Below are positions 15,293 to 30,305 of a stretch of DNA of 64,000 bases, one piece after another. The notes beneath the pieces were generated by a model. It did no database searches. It worked only from the letters and a program-made list of their open reading frames with translations, and was not told the DNA's origin. Both the position numbers and the translations under genes were made by a program. The DNA lies in contig JBBPEB010000006.1 of NCBI GenBank assembly GCA_039096225.1, positions 1,240,001-1,304,000 on the forward strand, in the 5' to 3' direction. The DNA comes from Blastocystis sp. Blastoise. Taxonomy: Eukaryota > Protista > Bigyra: Opalinata. Each line of letters begins with the position of its first letter. The first letter of the stretch is position 1.

Positions 15293-18200
15293 TTACTCTT
15301 TATTTTCATTTTCGTCGATAGTTGAAATAGAAGAAATAGAACCATCTTTCTCTATACCTTCTTTATATTTCTTTATATCATTTTGTAAATGAGGAATAAA
15401 TAGAGGAGGACTATAAGCTTTGTTGTCAAGTTCCTGTTGAATATCAAGATCCGAAGGAATAACAGTTCGACTAATACGATTTATAGGAGATATACTAGTA
15501 TTTCTATTAGAACTTGTTAATAAAGTATTCTTATTTTTTTGTTTCTTTGATTTTTCTTTATGATTTATTTTTTTTGTTTTTTTGTTCATTTTTTCATCAT
15601 TATTAGTTATATTTTCATTATTATGTTTATTATTTTCAATAATATTTTCATTATTATTAGTATGAGACAAAGAAATAGGATATATTAATGGATTAGGAGA
15701 GGATAATGGGTTTTGAGATGAATATCCTGAAGAAGAAATAGAAGAAGTTCGATGTCCAGAATAATAGCCAAAAGAAGAATTTCGATGAGAAGGAGAGACA
15801 AGAGAAGGAGAACCATTTGAACTATATCTATTTGATGAATTATTATTCCATAAAGGAAGAGGAGATTGACTGAAATCTAATCGATAATTATTATTTGTAT
15901 ATATAGGTATATGAGATAATGTATTATTAGAAGAAATAGGAATTTGATTTGATATATTGATTGATGAATCATTCAATAGTTTAGATGGATCTATAGTAGA
16001 TACTATAGGCACAGGTATATTTGAATTATTAAGAATAGGTGAATGACCATTAGTATAAGAATGAATACCTGATCGAGTAGGAGATATAGTTGAATTAGAT
16101 ATAGGATGAGGAGATGAAGAAGAATTATTATTATTATGATTATTTAATATGATTTGAGGAGTAGATAGATTATTATTATTATTTTCTTGATTTATAGATT
16201 GATTATTAATAGAAGATTGAGGAAGAATAACCATAGATTTCACACGATTTGTATTATTATTATTATTCTTATCCTTATTATTAATTTGATTCATTTTTGA
16301 TGCATTTAGAGCATCTATATTAAGAGATCTTCTTGTTAATAATGATTTACGATCTAATATTATAGTATCCTGTAATTCATTATTTTCTTCAGAATTCTTA
16401 GTTATAGTTGATGAATCGATTGGATCATGAGGAGATTTAGAATTATTATTATTGCTATTATCATTTATAATCTTTGAATCTTCTTCTATTGGACTTTTAG
16501 ATCCTTTTTTAACTTTACGAATAATAATTTTCTTTACTTTTTTCTTATTCTTATTATCTTCATTTAAATTATTATTATTATCATCATCTTTTCTATCTTC
16601 AATAGTTTCAGAAACAGGAGAATTACTGTTTTTCTTAACAATCTTCTTTACTATACGTTTCTTAATAATCTTTTTTACTTTACGTTTAGGTTTCTCTTCT
16701 GTTGATTCTATAGGTGTATTTGATTCATTATTCTCATTATTTTCTTTATGAATAATATCAATATTATTTTCATTATTATTAATTATAATATTATTTTTCT
16801 TGGATTTATAAGAATCTAAACTACTATGTTTTGATGAAGAATTCGAATTAGAATTCGATTTTGAATTTGATATAGAAACACTTGAATTCATGGATTGATG
16901 TTTAGAATCTACTATAGGTTCATGAGATATATTTAATATAGACATAGAAGCTCTAAAAGGATGATTCTGTTTTGGTGAAGATAGTATATTCATAGAAGAT
17001 CTCATATTTCTTATTGTAGAAGGATCTATAGTTTTTGATAAAAATTCTCTTCTAGAATTTAAACTAAAAGTATTCTTTGAATTATTTTCTTGCATATCTT
17101 CATTATTATAATTATTATTCTTTCTTTGATTCATATTCAATAGAGTTCCTCCACGTAAGAAATTAGGATTTCCTACAACAGAATCTGCTGTGATTATCAT
17201 CTTTTTATTATTATTATTAGAAAATGAATTATTATGACTATTATTACGACTATTATAAAGATGAGAACTATCTCCACTTCCATCAATATCTAATCCCATA
17301 GATAAATCTTCAGTATCATTACTATATAAATGATATCGATCTCTATCTTGATCTCTAGGATTGATCTTATGATCAAAACCATTACTATTCTTATGATGAT
17401 ATTGTGAATAGGATAAATATAAAGAAGGTCTATGAATAGAATCTTGATCATAAGTACTACAAGTACTACTCGTACGATGGAAATTATTCATTGAATAAGA
17501 TCGAGTTATATTTGCATTATAATATTCATTAAATGATATTGTATGAATACTATGACTAAATAATGAATGTTCTAAATTCATATTCATAGTTGCTTGTAAT
17601 AAAGGTAATAAACGTTCTTTATCATTATTATCTGTTGATTTTAAAATAGGAGATGTAGATCCTATTGTTGATGAAGGAATACTATGAGAATCAACATTAT
17701 TTATATCTATTCCTTCAGGTATATTCATATCTGTATTACTATTAATAGAAGAAGAACGTTCATTATGAATAGAAGAAGAATCACTTGAAGGAAATTGTAA
17801 GGATATATATCCAGGAGAACTAAATGAACGAGTTATTGAATGAGGTTGTAATTGTAATTGTTGTAAATAAGTATAATATAACTATAAAAAGGATTTTTTA
17901 AATAATTTAAAGTAATATAATAATAATAATAATAAACAATAAATATATACCTGTAAAGCTTTTATACGTTTAATTCTTCGTTTAATTTCTTGTTCATTTT
18001 TATTTACTATAATAGATTTTTCTTTCCATATTTCATCTTGTTTCATTTTCTGTTGAGTTTCAAAAGCATATTGATTTTCTGTTAATCGATATTTACCTCG
18101 ATCTCTTAAATCAATACCACTATTGATCCATTCTTGTGTTTCACTATGCCATTGATCTTCAATTCGATCACTTTCTTTTGTTGTCTCTAATTTCACAAAG

Positions 18201-21200
18201 GTCTTATTCATAAAATCCCATCGAAATTTATATCGTAAGAACATAAATAATAAATATCTATAGAAATAGATATATTAAAATATAATAATAATAAATAAAA
18301 AAATAATAAATAAATAAAAAAATATATATAATAATAAAAATAAAAAAACAACTTACAATAAAATAATAAAACAAGGAAGATAAACAAAGCAAATAATCAT
18401 TGTAATTGTATTAATTTGGAAATTTTGATTTGTATATATATAAGGATAAGATCCTTTTGATAATTTGGGTCTTATAATAATACCATAAACACCACTTTCT
18501 TTGATATTACATAGAATCATACTTTTTTCAAATCGATATTGAATTTCATCTAAACATTCAAATTCATTTCGTTTCTCATTTAATTTAGCAATACAATGTT
18601 CATCTTCTGTAATATCTAATGGATGACGATAATAAGTATTATTCTGAAGGACACGAGGTAATAACCATACTTTACGAGGGAACATTAAATCGATCTCTAT
18701 TGCATTGATTAACGATTCTACACGTTTATTATAAATATCTATAAAAGTTAAATTTAATATTAATCCATGTTGAATTACAGGTAAATGTAAAGATAATAAA
18801 GAAGAATCATATCGAGGAGGTTCATATATAGCTATAGGTTTTCCTGAAATAAAACGTAATTCTTGAAGACGTGTATAATTATTAGCTTTATATGTATATT
18901 GATTTAATTGTGAAGATGATAATGTTGTTATGGATAAAAATATTGGTAAATTTGTAGAATGTAATTGAGCTATATAAATAATATATTTTATTCATTAATT
19001 AATTAATATATATATATACCATGAGGTGTATGTATATAACCATAAAAATCATTCGTTTGAGTATATAGAATAATTTGTTTTGATTCTTGACCTAATAAAG
19101 TAATACGATAATCATAAGGAAGTATATCTCTTGGATTTAAATATAAACATTCTGATATAGAATAATGGCAACTACCATCAAAACATCTATAAATGATTTA
19201 TTGTTATTGTTATTATTATAAAATAATTAATATAAATTAAATAAAAATAAATAAAAAAAAATTAAAAAACAACAACCTACCTATACATATTATTTGGACA
19301 ATTATACAATCCTTTACATGATAATGTAGATTCTGTTTCTGAATTGAAAGATATACATGTAGAATCAGGACATCTTAATTGATTCTTCATACATCCATAA
19401 GTAATAGGACATGTTAATCTACAAATACCATCTGAACATAATTGATATGTAGATATAAAACAACTATATGTATTATTATTTGAATATAGAATAGGAATAA
19501 AAATAGATAATGTAGTAGAATCATAATGAATATTAATTTGATTTGATTTTTCTTTAGAATAAATAGAATAATCATAATAATGATAAGGTGAATAAATAGA
19601 TCTTCCTACTTGTTGTCCTGATGGTGATATAAATATAGAATTACAATCGATATTGATATCTACACAAATACCATTAGGACATCTTTTAGGAGATGTAGTA
19701 GGACAAGGAGGAATAGGAGGACAAAGAGAAATATCACGAAAAGATCCATCAGGACATAATGTAATAGATGAAAGAGGAGAAGGAGAAGGAAGAGAAGAAA
19801 ATAATGTTATATTTAATGTTTCACAATAAAGAGGAGAAGATACACATAAATCATTATAACAATGATAAGGAAGATTCTCAGGACAATTTGATAGTAATGG
19901 ACAATCACCTTCATTTAATACACATGTACCTATAAAATATTATTATTATATAATTATTATTATTATATATATACCATCAGGACATTCTACAGGTAAATGT
20001 GAAGGACAAAAAGGAAGTTTTTCTGGATCTTGCTATATATATTATATTATATTATTATATCAATAAAAATAAAAAAATAAAAATAAAATAAAAATAAAAA
20101 TAACATAAACATCACCTACATACATTACAATTTATACATGGTTTACATAAATGATAATGAGCTACACAACTCATATCATCACATAGAAAAGGAATATCTT
20201 TTGGACAAATAGGTCTTTTTGGACAACTTCTATATATAAAACTAATTTCTTGATCTGTTTCTTTTCCTTGTATTAATGTATAATTTTCTATAGAATTATA
20301 AGGATTATCAGATTGATCTTCATTTATAATATTTAAAGATAATAAAATAGGTGAATATCGTTGACCATGTAAAGGAATACAATCTCCAGAAGCACATGCT
20401 TGAGAATGATATATAGAACATCTATTTAATAATAAACATTGTGAAGGATGAGAAACACATTGACCATTTGGACATATATAAGATTGATTAATAGGACAAG
20501 AATATGTATTAGAATTTAGAATAGAAGAACATTCATTTCTTGTAGAAACACAAGTACCATTAGAACATAATATAGGATGAAGAGGAGAACAACCATTAAT
20601 AAATGTACATTCATTAGCATTCCTTACACATTCTCCTCGAATACATTTATAAGGTCTTTCATGAGGACAAGAATGATAGGTATATTCAGTTGTACAATTA
20701 TAAGAATATTTCACACAACGACCTGTTGGACATTTATAAGGAGATGATAATGGACAACCTATATATATTATTATTTTATTATTTATTTATTAATATAATA
20801 TAATATAATAATAAAAAAACATACCATTATCACTAAGACAATCTTCTTCTTTTTCAACACATAATCCATTATATAATCCTGTTTTACACATATAATTATA
20901 AGGAGATGTACATATAGTTCGATCAGTACATAAAGAAGAAGAAGCACGACAACTACCATCAGAACAACGAATATAATTTGTATTATAATTACTTGTATTA
21001 CAAGGCGTAATCAAAGGACAATCTGTATACGATTTCACACATATACCTATAGCACATCGAATTGGTTTATCTTCACTACATAATGAAGGAAGACTAGAAA
21101 AATAAGAATATAAATATTGACGATCTACAAAATAAACTAAAGGAGATTCAAAGAGTTCTGAAGAAAATAAGGATAGCTTATTATTATTATTATTTATTAA

Positions 21201-24200
21201 TGTATGTTCATATTCATTTAATAAAGGAGATTTCTGAAGATTATTTTCTGTAAAGAAAGATTTATCCATATATTTCATAAAAGAATCGATTATTGTATTA
21301 TATAGAGTATTTATTATAGATTTTATATTATTCATTATTTTATTAATATAACTATTATTATTATTTATATCTGTATTCAATAATGAATTAACAAATAAAG
21401 AAGGAGAAGGAGATGTATCTTCAGGAATAAATGAATAAGAAGAATAAGGACAATAAAAAGTAGATATCATACATAAACCATTCTCACATTGTTTATATGG
21501 AGCAACACATAAAGCTAGATAATATTTATTTATTATTATAAATATAAATATTATTATTATAAATATAAATATTATTATTATAAATATAAATATTATTATT
21601 AAATAAAATAATAAAATAAAAAAAAAAAATAAACAAACATACGACTACATTCTTCATCTTCTTTAATACATTCACCATTATAACATGATTTAGGTTTAGA
21701 AGAAGAGCAACCATTCGAAAGAGGACAATCTTCTATAGATTGACGACATGTACCATCTAAACAACGTATATATCCATTAGTATTACAAGTCCAATCACAA
21801 GAAGAATGATAAATATCTATATTATTCTTTGAACTATCTTTTGAATAACATATTAATGTATTATGACACCATCCACTAAATTGATCATTATTACAATTAT
21901 CATTCGATGTACATTCTTCTTTTGAAGATACACATAATCCTGAAATACATTTATAAGGTTTAAACATAGGACATAAAGGTTCAGAACATAAAGAAGAATC
22001 ACGAACACATGTACCATCAGAACATAAATATTTATCATAACTACAAAAACCAGTCACATAATGATCACTTTCCATTGAATATTTATCTAAAAAAGATATT
22101 TATTATATTATAAAAAGATATATATTATAAAATAAAATAAAATAATAAAAAAAAAAAATACAAATAATAAAAAAAAACATACTATAATAACCTTCATATC
22201 CATTAATACAATCACTTCGATCTTTAACATATTCTCCATGAATACTACAGAAACTAGTAAATTTAGTAACTTGTCTTGCTCCAGTAGTAATACATTTTCC
22301 ATTAAGACAATTTGAAGGTACATAAGGAGGTATAGGTGGACAATCATCTTCAGAAACATGACATGATTGATCCCAACATAATATAGGATTTGTAGTTGGA
22401 CAATATAATAATGGACATTTCTTTGTTATAAATACACAACTACCATCATTACATAATTTATAATTAATAGGACAATGAATAGTATTAAGACATTGATTCT
22501 GATGATAATGACATAATCCATCACTACATAAAATAGGTTTATTTCTTGGACATATACGATAAGAAGGACATTGTTCACTTTGAGATATACAACTACCATC
22601 AATACATCGTTTACTACCTTTAGGACAAAGAGGAGGAGGAATAGAATTCGATAAGATATTCGATTGAAAGGATGTATCTGTAGATAATGGATCCCAATAA
22701 TATTTATTTATAGAAGTTAAAGATCCTTCTATAGAAGCAATAGGATCTCCTGTAGGTATAAAATAGGGAGATATACTATATATATAATAACTATCATCAC
22801 TATAATGTATATTATATCTTCTACAAGGATAAAATTGATAATTACGTGAACATAAATGTTGATATCGATCTTTTATTTTATTTATACAATTATTTATATC
22901 TTCTTTATTATTATATATATTACATACATCGATATACATTTCTAAATATTTACTAACACATTGTTCTATTGTATGTTTTATATTTAAATCTGATTTATCA
23001 TGATATTCTGTTATATCTAAATATTCTTCATTATATTCTTGTAAAGAATTATAGATATAAGGGAATATATTCGTAACACCATAAGTACTATCTTCAATCA
23101 TATAACAACCTCCATCTTCACATCTCATTTCATTATCTCTACATACAGATATAGTAGGACATAAATAAGAATGTTCTACACATATTTTTTGATAATCACA
23201 CATATAGAATCCTAATGGACAATGATAATTAGATTCATCAGTACATAATGAATAAGAAGATACACAATAACCAGTATCACATAATATAGGACTCGTAGTA
23301 GGACAAATAACAGGACTTGAACATAATAAACTATTTCGTACACATGTTTTACTAGAAGAACAATAATATGGATAAGCAGAAGGACAATGAGAAGTTAATA
23401 ATATTGAAGAAGAAGGAATAGTTATATTTGTAGTTGTATCTAAAGATTTATTTTATTATAGTTTATTGTTTATTATTATTATTATTATAATATATATAAT
23501 ATATACTTCCTTGTTGATTTCTTTCAATAAAATGAATTTGTGAATAACAATCTTTAGTATTTTCAACACAAGTACCATTATCACAAAGAATAGGTTTTTC
23601 AAAAGTACATAAGATACTAGGTCTACATTGTTGATAGAATAAAGCACATCCTCCATTAGGACAATTTATATAAGGAGATCGACAAAGAGGTGTTTGAGAA
23701 CAATAAAAAGATGAAGGTTTACATGTATTATCAGGACATAATACAAGAGGAGAAGGACATGTAAATTTATTAAAGAAAATAAATAAATATATAAATATAA
23801 ATATAAATAAATATTATAAATATATAAAGGATATGAAACATGTGTTGGACATTCAAGCATAGAAACAACACAAGTATTATCATTACATTTATAAAAGTTT
23901 TTTGGACAATTTGTATAGATATTAATGATTGTAGATTCATTTAAAGATTTTTCATAAATAATATTATTATAAGCATCTTTATGATAGAGAGGATAAGGAA
24001 ATAAAGTAGTTTCTTCATTATTATTATTATTAATAGTTTTAATAGAAGAAATAGTTTGAATATTATTATTAAGAATAGAAGAAGATGAATATAAATTCAT
24101 ATTTTTTGATCTTGTAGTAGGTGCACTTTCAGATAAATTTAAATATAAGAATTTATTATCATATTGATAATTATAAGTTTCACCAAAAATAAATATAGAA

Positions 24201-27200
24201 TCCGAAATACACTGATTTGAAGGAGATAAATGATAATATCTTGGACATGTAATTGAAGAAGGACATAAAGTAGCATTCTTAACACAATATCCTTGAGGAC
24301 ATCGATAAGGATAGGTTAATGGACATGTTGTATATATACATTCAGATATACTATAATTATAATTATTATTATTATTATTATAATATAATATAATATATAT
24401 ATACTTATGTGTACACATTCCATCAGGACATAAAATAAGTGGTTTAGGACAAAAACGAAGAGAAGGACATTCAATTGGATCAATAACACAACTTTTCTAT
24501 TTATATATATATATTTATTAATATAATAATAATAATAATAAAAAAATACTTTATCCCAACATAAAATAGGAGCATAAGAAGGACATTGAATAGAGTTTTT
24601 ATATTGATTACATTCTTCTATAGATACTGCACAAGTAACTAGATCTCCACAAGTAATTGTAGAAGGTGGACAATGAACTTGTTGAGGACACATTTGCTTA
24701 TTTATAGCTATTGTTCCATCAACACATATTACTTTATTTGTATCATGTATAGGAAAAGAAGGACATCTAAAAATATATTATATTATATTATATTAATTAT
24801 AAAAATAAAATCAGTCTATATACTTCATATAATTATCAACACAAGCTCCATTTTCACATATATATCCATGACAAGTACAATTATGAATATCTTGTTGACA
24901 ACCTATATGAATATCTTCAGATTCACGATTCATACAAGCTTCCATTCCTAGAGGACAAGTAAGACTATTATGACAATCATTCCAATCAGAAACACAATGA
25001 ATAGTTTGTCCATTATCAACGAATTCTATAGGATTCTTTATGTAATCACCATTCATATTATTATAACACATATAAGGACTAAGAGAAGAATGTTGTTTAC
25101 ATAAAGAAGGAAGGAAAACAAGATTTGGTTGAGTACCTAATAATATCTTTGTATAGATTTCTGTATTTGTAAGATCATCCCAAGTAATATCTGTTAAATA
25201 AAAATCTATAGATCCATAACCATATAAAGGAGATAATATAGTTAAACTATGTATATAAGGAGTCTGAGATTTGAAAGGAATAGTCAATCGAAGCTATATA
25301 GAGAGATATTTATATATATAATTATTAAATATATATAAAAACATACAGATCTTTGTTTTCCACTTGAATCAAGAGTAATAATAGCAAATAGAGTTTTATT
25401 AGATGTATTAATATCTAATAAATTCCCTAATGCATCACGAATCTTAATAATCATAGTCACATCTGTATATAGAGAAGTACTCTCTGAAATAAATGATATA
25501 TATGTATTTGTATATTCAGGTTCTAATGGAGAAAGAGAAGTAAGTATATTAAGAAATAGTATAGAAATATATTTTTATAATTATATTATATATAATATAA
25601 AGGATATAGATAATGATATTGAAGATATTGATGATTATTAATAATAGGATAATATATATAATCGCCAGAATAGATTAATTTGTATTCACACGTATAGGAA
25701 TCCTTTATAAATATACAAGGGAATAGTTCAGTATGAAGAATAGGATTTCCATCACCCTCTATATCCAGTGATACATCCATTTCAATAGAAATAGAATAGG
25801 CATCAAATTCTATTGGACGTTCATATATATCATAAAGATATACATATATAGAACAAGTTGAATTCACACGTTCACATTCATCATTCTTAAGGACTATATT
25901 TATATTCATTTATTTATATAGATTAATAAGAATAATACTTGTAGATTGATATCTGATTTGTGCCGGATAGAGTTGAATCTTTAATAATGGAAAAGGAGAA
26001 GTTGAATTATAATATAATTGAAGTGTATATTCAGTTAGTATATTCATTAAAGAAAATAATTTTTTATTTTTTAAATAAATATTTATAAATAAATATAGGA
26101 TATAATTTCCAGGATGAGTAGAAGTTAAATCATTATAGATTATTAAATATTGACCTATATATAAATATTATATTTTATTATATTATTATATATATACCAA
26201 GTTCTTTATCATATAATTGAACAGTCAAATGAGGTGGAATAAACATTGTATTCGACTATATAGAATAATAATAATAATAATAATAATAATATATATATAA
26301 ATATACAGAAGATGTAATAGCCATAGAGAATAGATTTGTGTCAAAATAGGTATATACAGGATTCCCATATATATCTACAGTAGATAATAAGAATGATCCT
26401 TTTGTCTATTAATATATAATATAATATATAAATATATACATTTTCTCTTAATCCATGTATACTACATAATTCATCAGGTAACTTATTTTCATTCTCTAAG
26501 GGAGAACAGGAATATATATAGGAAGTAGCTTCTGATGGTTTTATAATAGCTTGTATTGGAGAATTCTATTCATATATATATAGAATATAATAATATAATA
26601 AATATACTAATAAAGCTATTCCAGATCGTTTTACATATATATCATAGTTTCCAATTGTATATAAATATAACGAAAATACATATACATTTCCATAAATTAA
26701 TATTGCATAACTATATAGATATATAATAAAATAATAAAAATATATATACCTATCTGTTTCTATACGAGTTTCATTCTTATATATTTCTATATATAATTCT
26801 TTTGATATATCTTCTTCTATTGTATTATTAAAGGAGTGATTATTAAGAAAATATTTATATAATAATATATAATACTATAATGTAAAAGATATATCAAAGA
26901 GATGAACATGAATGAAAATTTGATTACCAGCTATATAAGCTATATATATAAATAATAATTATAATAAATATATATATATACTTTTATTAATTCCTTCATC
27001 ATCTAATAATTCTATATATATAATAAAAATACATATAATAAATACCATTTTTTCCATAATCTTCATAATTAGGAACAGGAATAGGATTATTATTCGAAGG
27101 GAAATGAATAAATGATTGTTGAGGGTCCATAATTGATGGAGAAATAATCAATTGAAATTGTTGTTCATAATGAACTTGTTCAAGAGAAAATGTTATAGTA

Positions 27201-30200
27201 TATGTATCAGCATCAATATAATACATTCTATATAATATAATAATAATAATAATAATACATACATACTTTGTATAAATAGTATCATGATCAAAAATAAAGA
27301 TAGCTGGTTTATTCCCTGTACAATAAGGTAAATCACATACATTGAGATTATTACCCTTAGAATCAATCACTTTATAATAATAATAGTAATAATAAAAATA
27401 AATAAATATATATACATGTTGATTTTAAGAATGGTTGAATATAAGTAGGATTAATATCATTACCATAAATATCTCGTGGATGAAATGTACAATTGAATTC
27501 TATTCCTGTAGTTAATTCATCAGGACAAAGTAAATAAGAAGGAGATCCAAGAAGATCTATATAATAATATTATTATTATATATTATATATATATATACTC
27601 ATATTAGGATAAGCATAAGTAGTAGTAGTAAGTATTTCTATATAGGGTTTATCTTCAAAGGATGTAGAAATAGTAATAGTATATAGATCTCGATAAGAAG
27701 AAAGATGAAGAGGAGAATCTATTAGAAACTATATAAATATTATAAATTATATATGATTATATATATACATGAATATGATTATTATTGAGAGTATAAGAAT
27801 AGAGAAGAGGAGGAGAAGAAGTTAAATTGAATTGTTGATTTATAGGAATAGGACTATATAATAATAAATAGTATATAAAAACAATATACATTTCATTATT
27901 ATGAATATCTTTAACAATAACATCTAATTCTCTTCTTATTTCAGGTACAAATCCCATACTGAATGTTCCTGAATAGGTTGATGATAAAGAATACTTTAAG
28001 CATGTGAATGTAGTAATTGTCACTGATGTATCCAATATAGGCATATTATTATATAATAATATAAACGTATAATTACGAGCAGTAGGAAGATGAGGTATAG
28101 TTGTATATAGATTAAAGAAAATAATAGTATTTAATTATTATTATTAATATATATATATTTTTAAAAGGATATTTATAAGTACCAGGTGATGTAGTTTCAA
28201 CTATATACATGATTCCATCATAATAATCTTCATCTATATTTATCCTATATAAATATATATTTATATAATAATAATAGAATACCATTTAAGATTAGATTGT
28301 TGACTCGTAATAATATGTTGATTTTCATCAAATATTTGAAATGAAAAGAATGGATCAGTTTCTAAATTGACATTTAATATCGATGATACATGAAATTTAA
28401 GAGGAGATGTTAATCTATAAATATATATAAAATAATTAAAAATTATAATAATAATATACATGAATAGAGAATAAGGAAGAGAAGATAGAGTAACAGGAAT
28501 ATCTTTAGAGAATAGATTATCTTGTTTATTTTGAAAGAATAGACGTATATATAAATAAGGATATTCTGATTCAGTAAGACCAATAATAGAAGACATTTCA
28601 ACAATATAATGAATATGAATACTATAAATAAAGAATAAATAATAAATAATAATATTAAATATACGTATTATTGAGTATATGTTTATCTACAGTAAAAGGA
28701 GTATCTTCTAAAGTATCAGCTCGTCGAATATCTATATCAATATATTCTCCTTCATGATTATATATAGAAAAAGAAGGATCTTCTTTTGAATATCCACCTT
28801 CTTCAATATAATATGTAGCATTCAATGAATTAAAATATTCATCCTATTATAAATATATAATAATAATAATAATTAATAAATACTTTTAAATTCATATAGA
28901 TATCTCCACAAATAGAAATATTAGTAGAATCACAATAAGAAACAAATTCAATTCCAGTCCCATGAATATCAGTATGAACAATATAAAGAGTACCAGGAAC
29001 AACAGCTATTATAGATATTATATATATTATATAAATAAAAATATATTTACTTAGATAAGAATCATAGATATTTCCAGAAACTAATGTAATCAATGAAATC
29101 TTATGGAATCCTGATACTTTAGCAGGTATAGAACATGTACTAAGAAGACTTATTGAATCTGGATTCATAACATCATAATAAGTATTTCGATCTATATAAA
29201 ATTATATTCAAATTATATATATATAGATTTATATATATACCTTCTACATAACTATAATCACATATTTTATACACACTTTGTAAATTAATTACTGAATTAT
29301 TATATCTATAAATTATATATATATGAATAAAAAGAATAATAATTAATTACATATCAAAGAATTTGATGTTTATAGGAATAATATCACCAGCAGTATAAAG
29401 AGAATCATGAGTTACTTTTATTGTAGATATACTATATATATATATAAGAGAATAATAAAATAAATAATATACATTTCAGTAGAAGGTATAGTAGTGATAT
29501 TCCATTCTAAAGAGGACCAAATATTATCTTCAGATAAACAATCTATTTTCACAGTTATATTTCTAACTTTTGAAGGTAATTGAATAAATGTATAAAGAGG
29601 ACAAATAGAAGTATATTGATATTCTTGTGTATATATATCAAGAGAAGGAGATGTTGAAAATGAATAAAAGGATTTCTGAGTATACTATATAATAATAATA
29701 TATTATAATATAAATATATAAATATACATCTCCATCACCTTTAATATACACTTTATATTTATCTCTTCGATTATCTAAACAATATCCATCATCATATATA
29801 TCTCTTGTATATATATACATATACGTTAATGTACCTGCAAAACTAATAGGACTGTAAAAAGTAGAATTAAGAAAAATATATAATATTATTATTGAGAGAA
29901 TATAATATAAAAATATAATATAATAATAAAAGGATATATAGATTTCAGTTTTCGAGCAATCATTAGGACTAATTCTACTTTGAATAGTACAATATATATA
30001 AGAATTAATCTTATCAATATCTTCTTCTTCTTTATTGAGAAGACGTACATATAAATGACCATTAGAAATCTCACGAAAGAAACGAATGGATAATGTATAT
30101 TGTGAAGTAGAATCCATAGTGATTCTATAACTAAAGAATTGATCGGATTCCCCTGGAAATAAAGGAATATCAAATCCTTCTGAAGATGTTACATATAATT

Positions 30201-30268
30201 TTATTATAAAATTATTCTGATTCACTAAATTATAATAACGATCTCTTACTATTAATGTAAACTATATA

Positions 30269-30305
<37 letters not shown>

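Noticed and set aside
15293-17728. 811-aa ORF as a stand-alone gene
   Set aside because: Its frame extends upstream to an AG acceptor at ~17882 that splices in phase with the giant gene.
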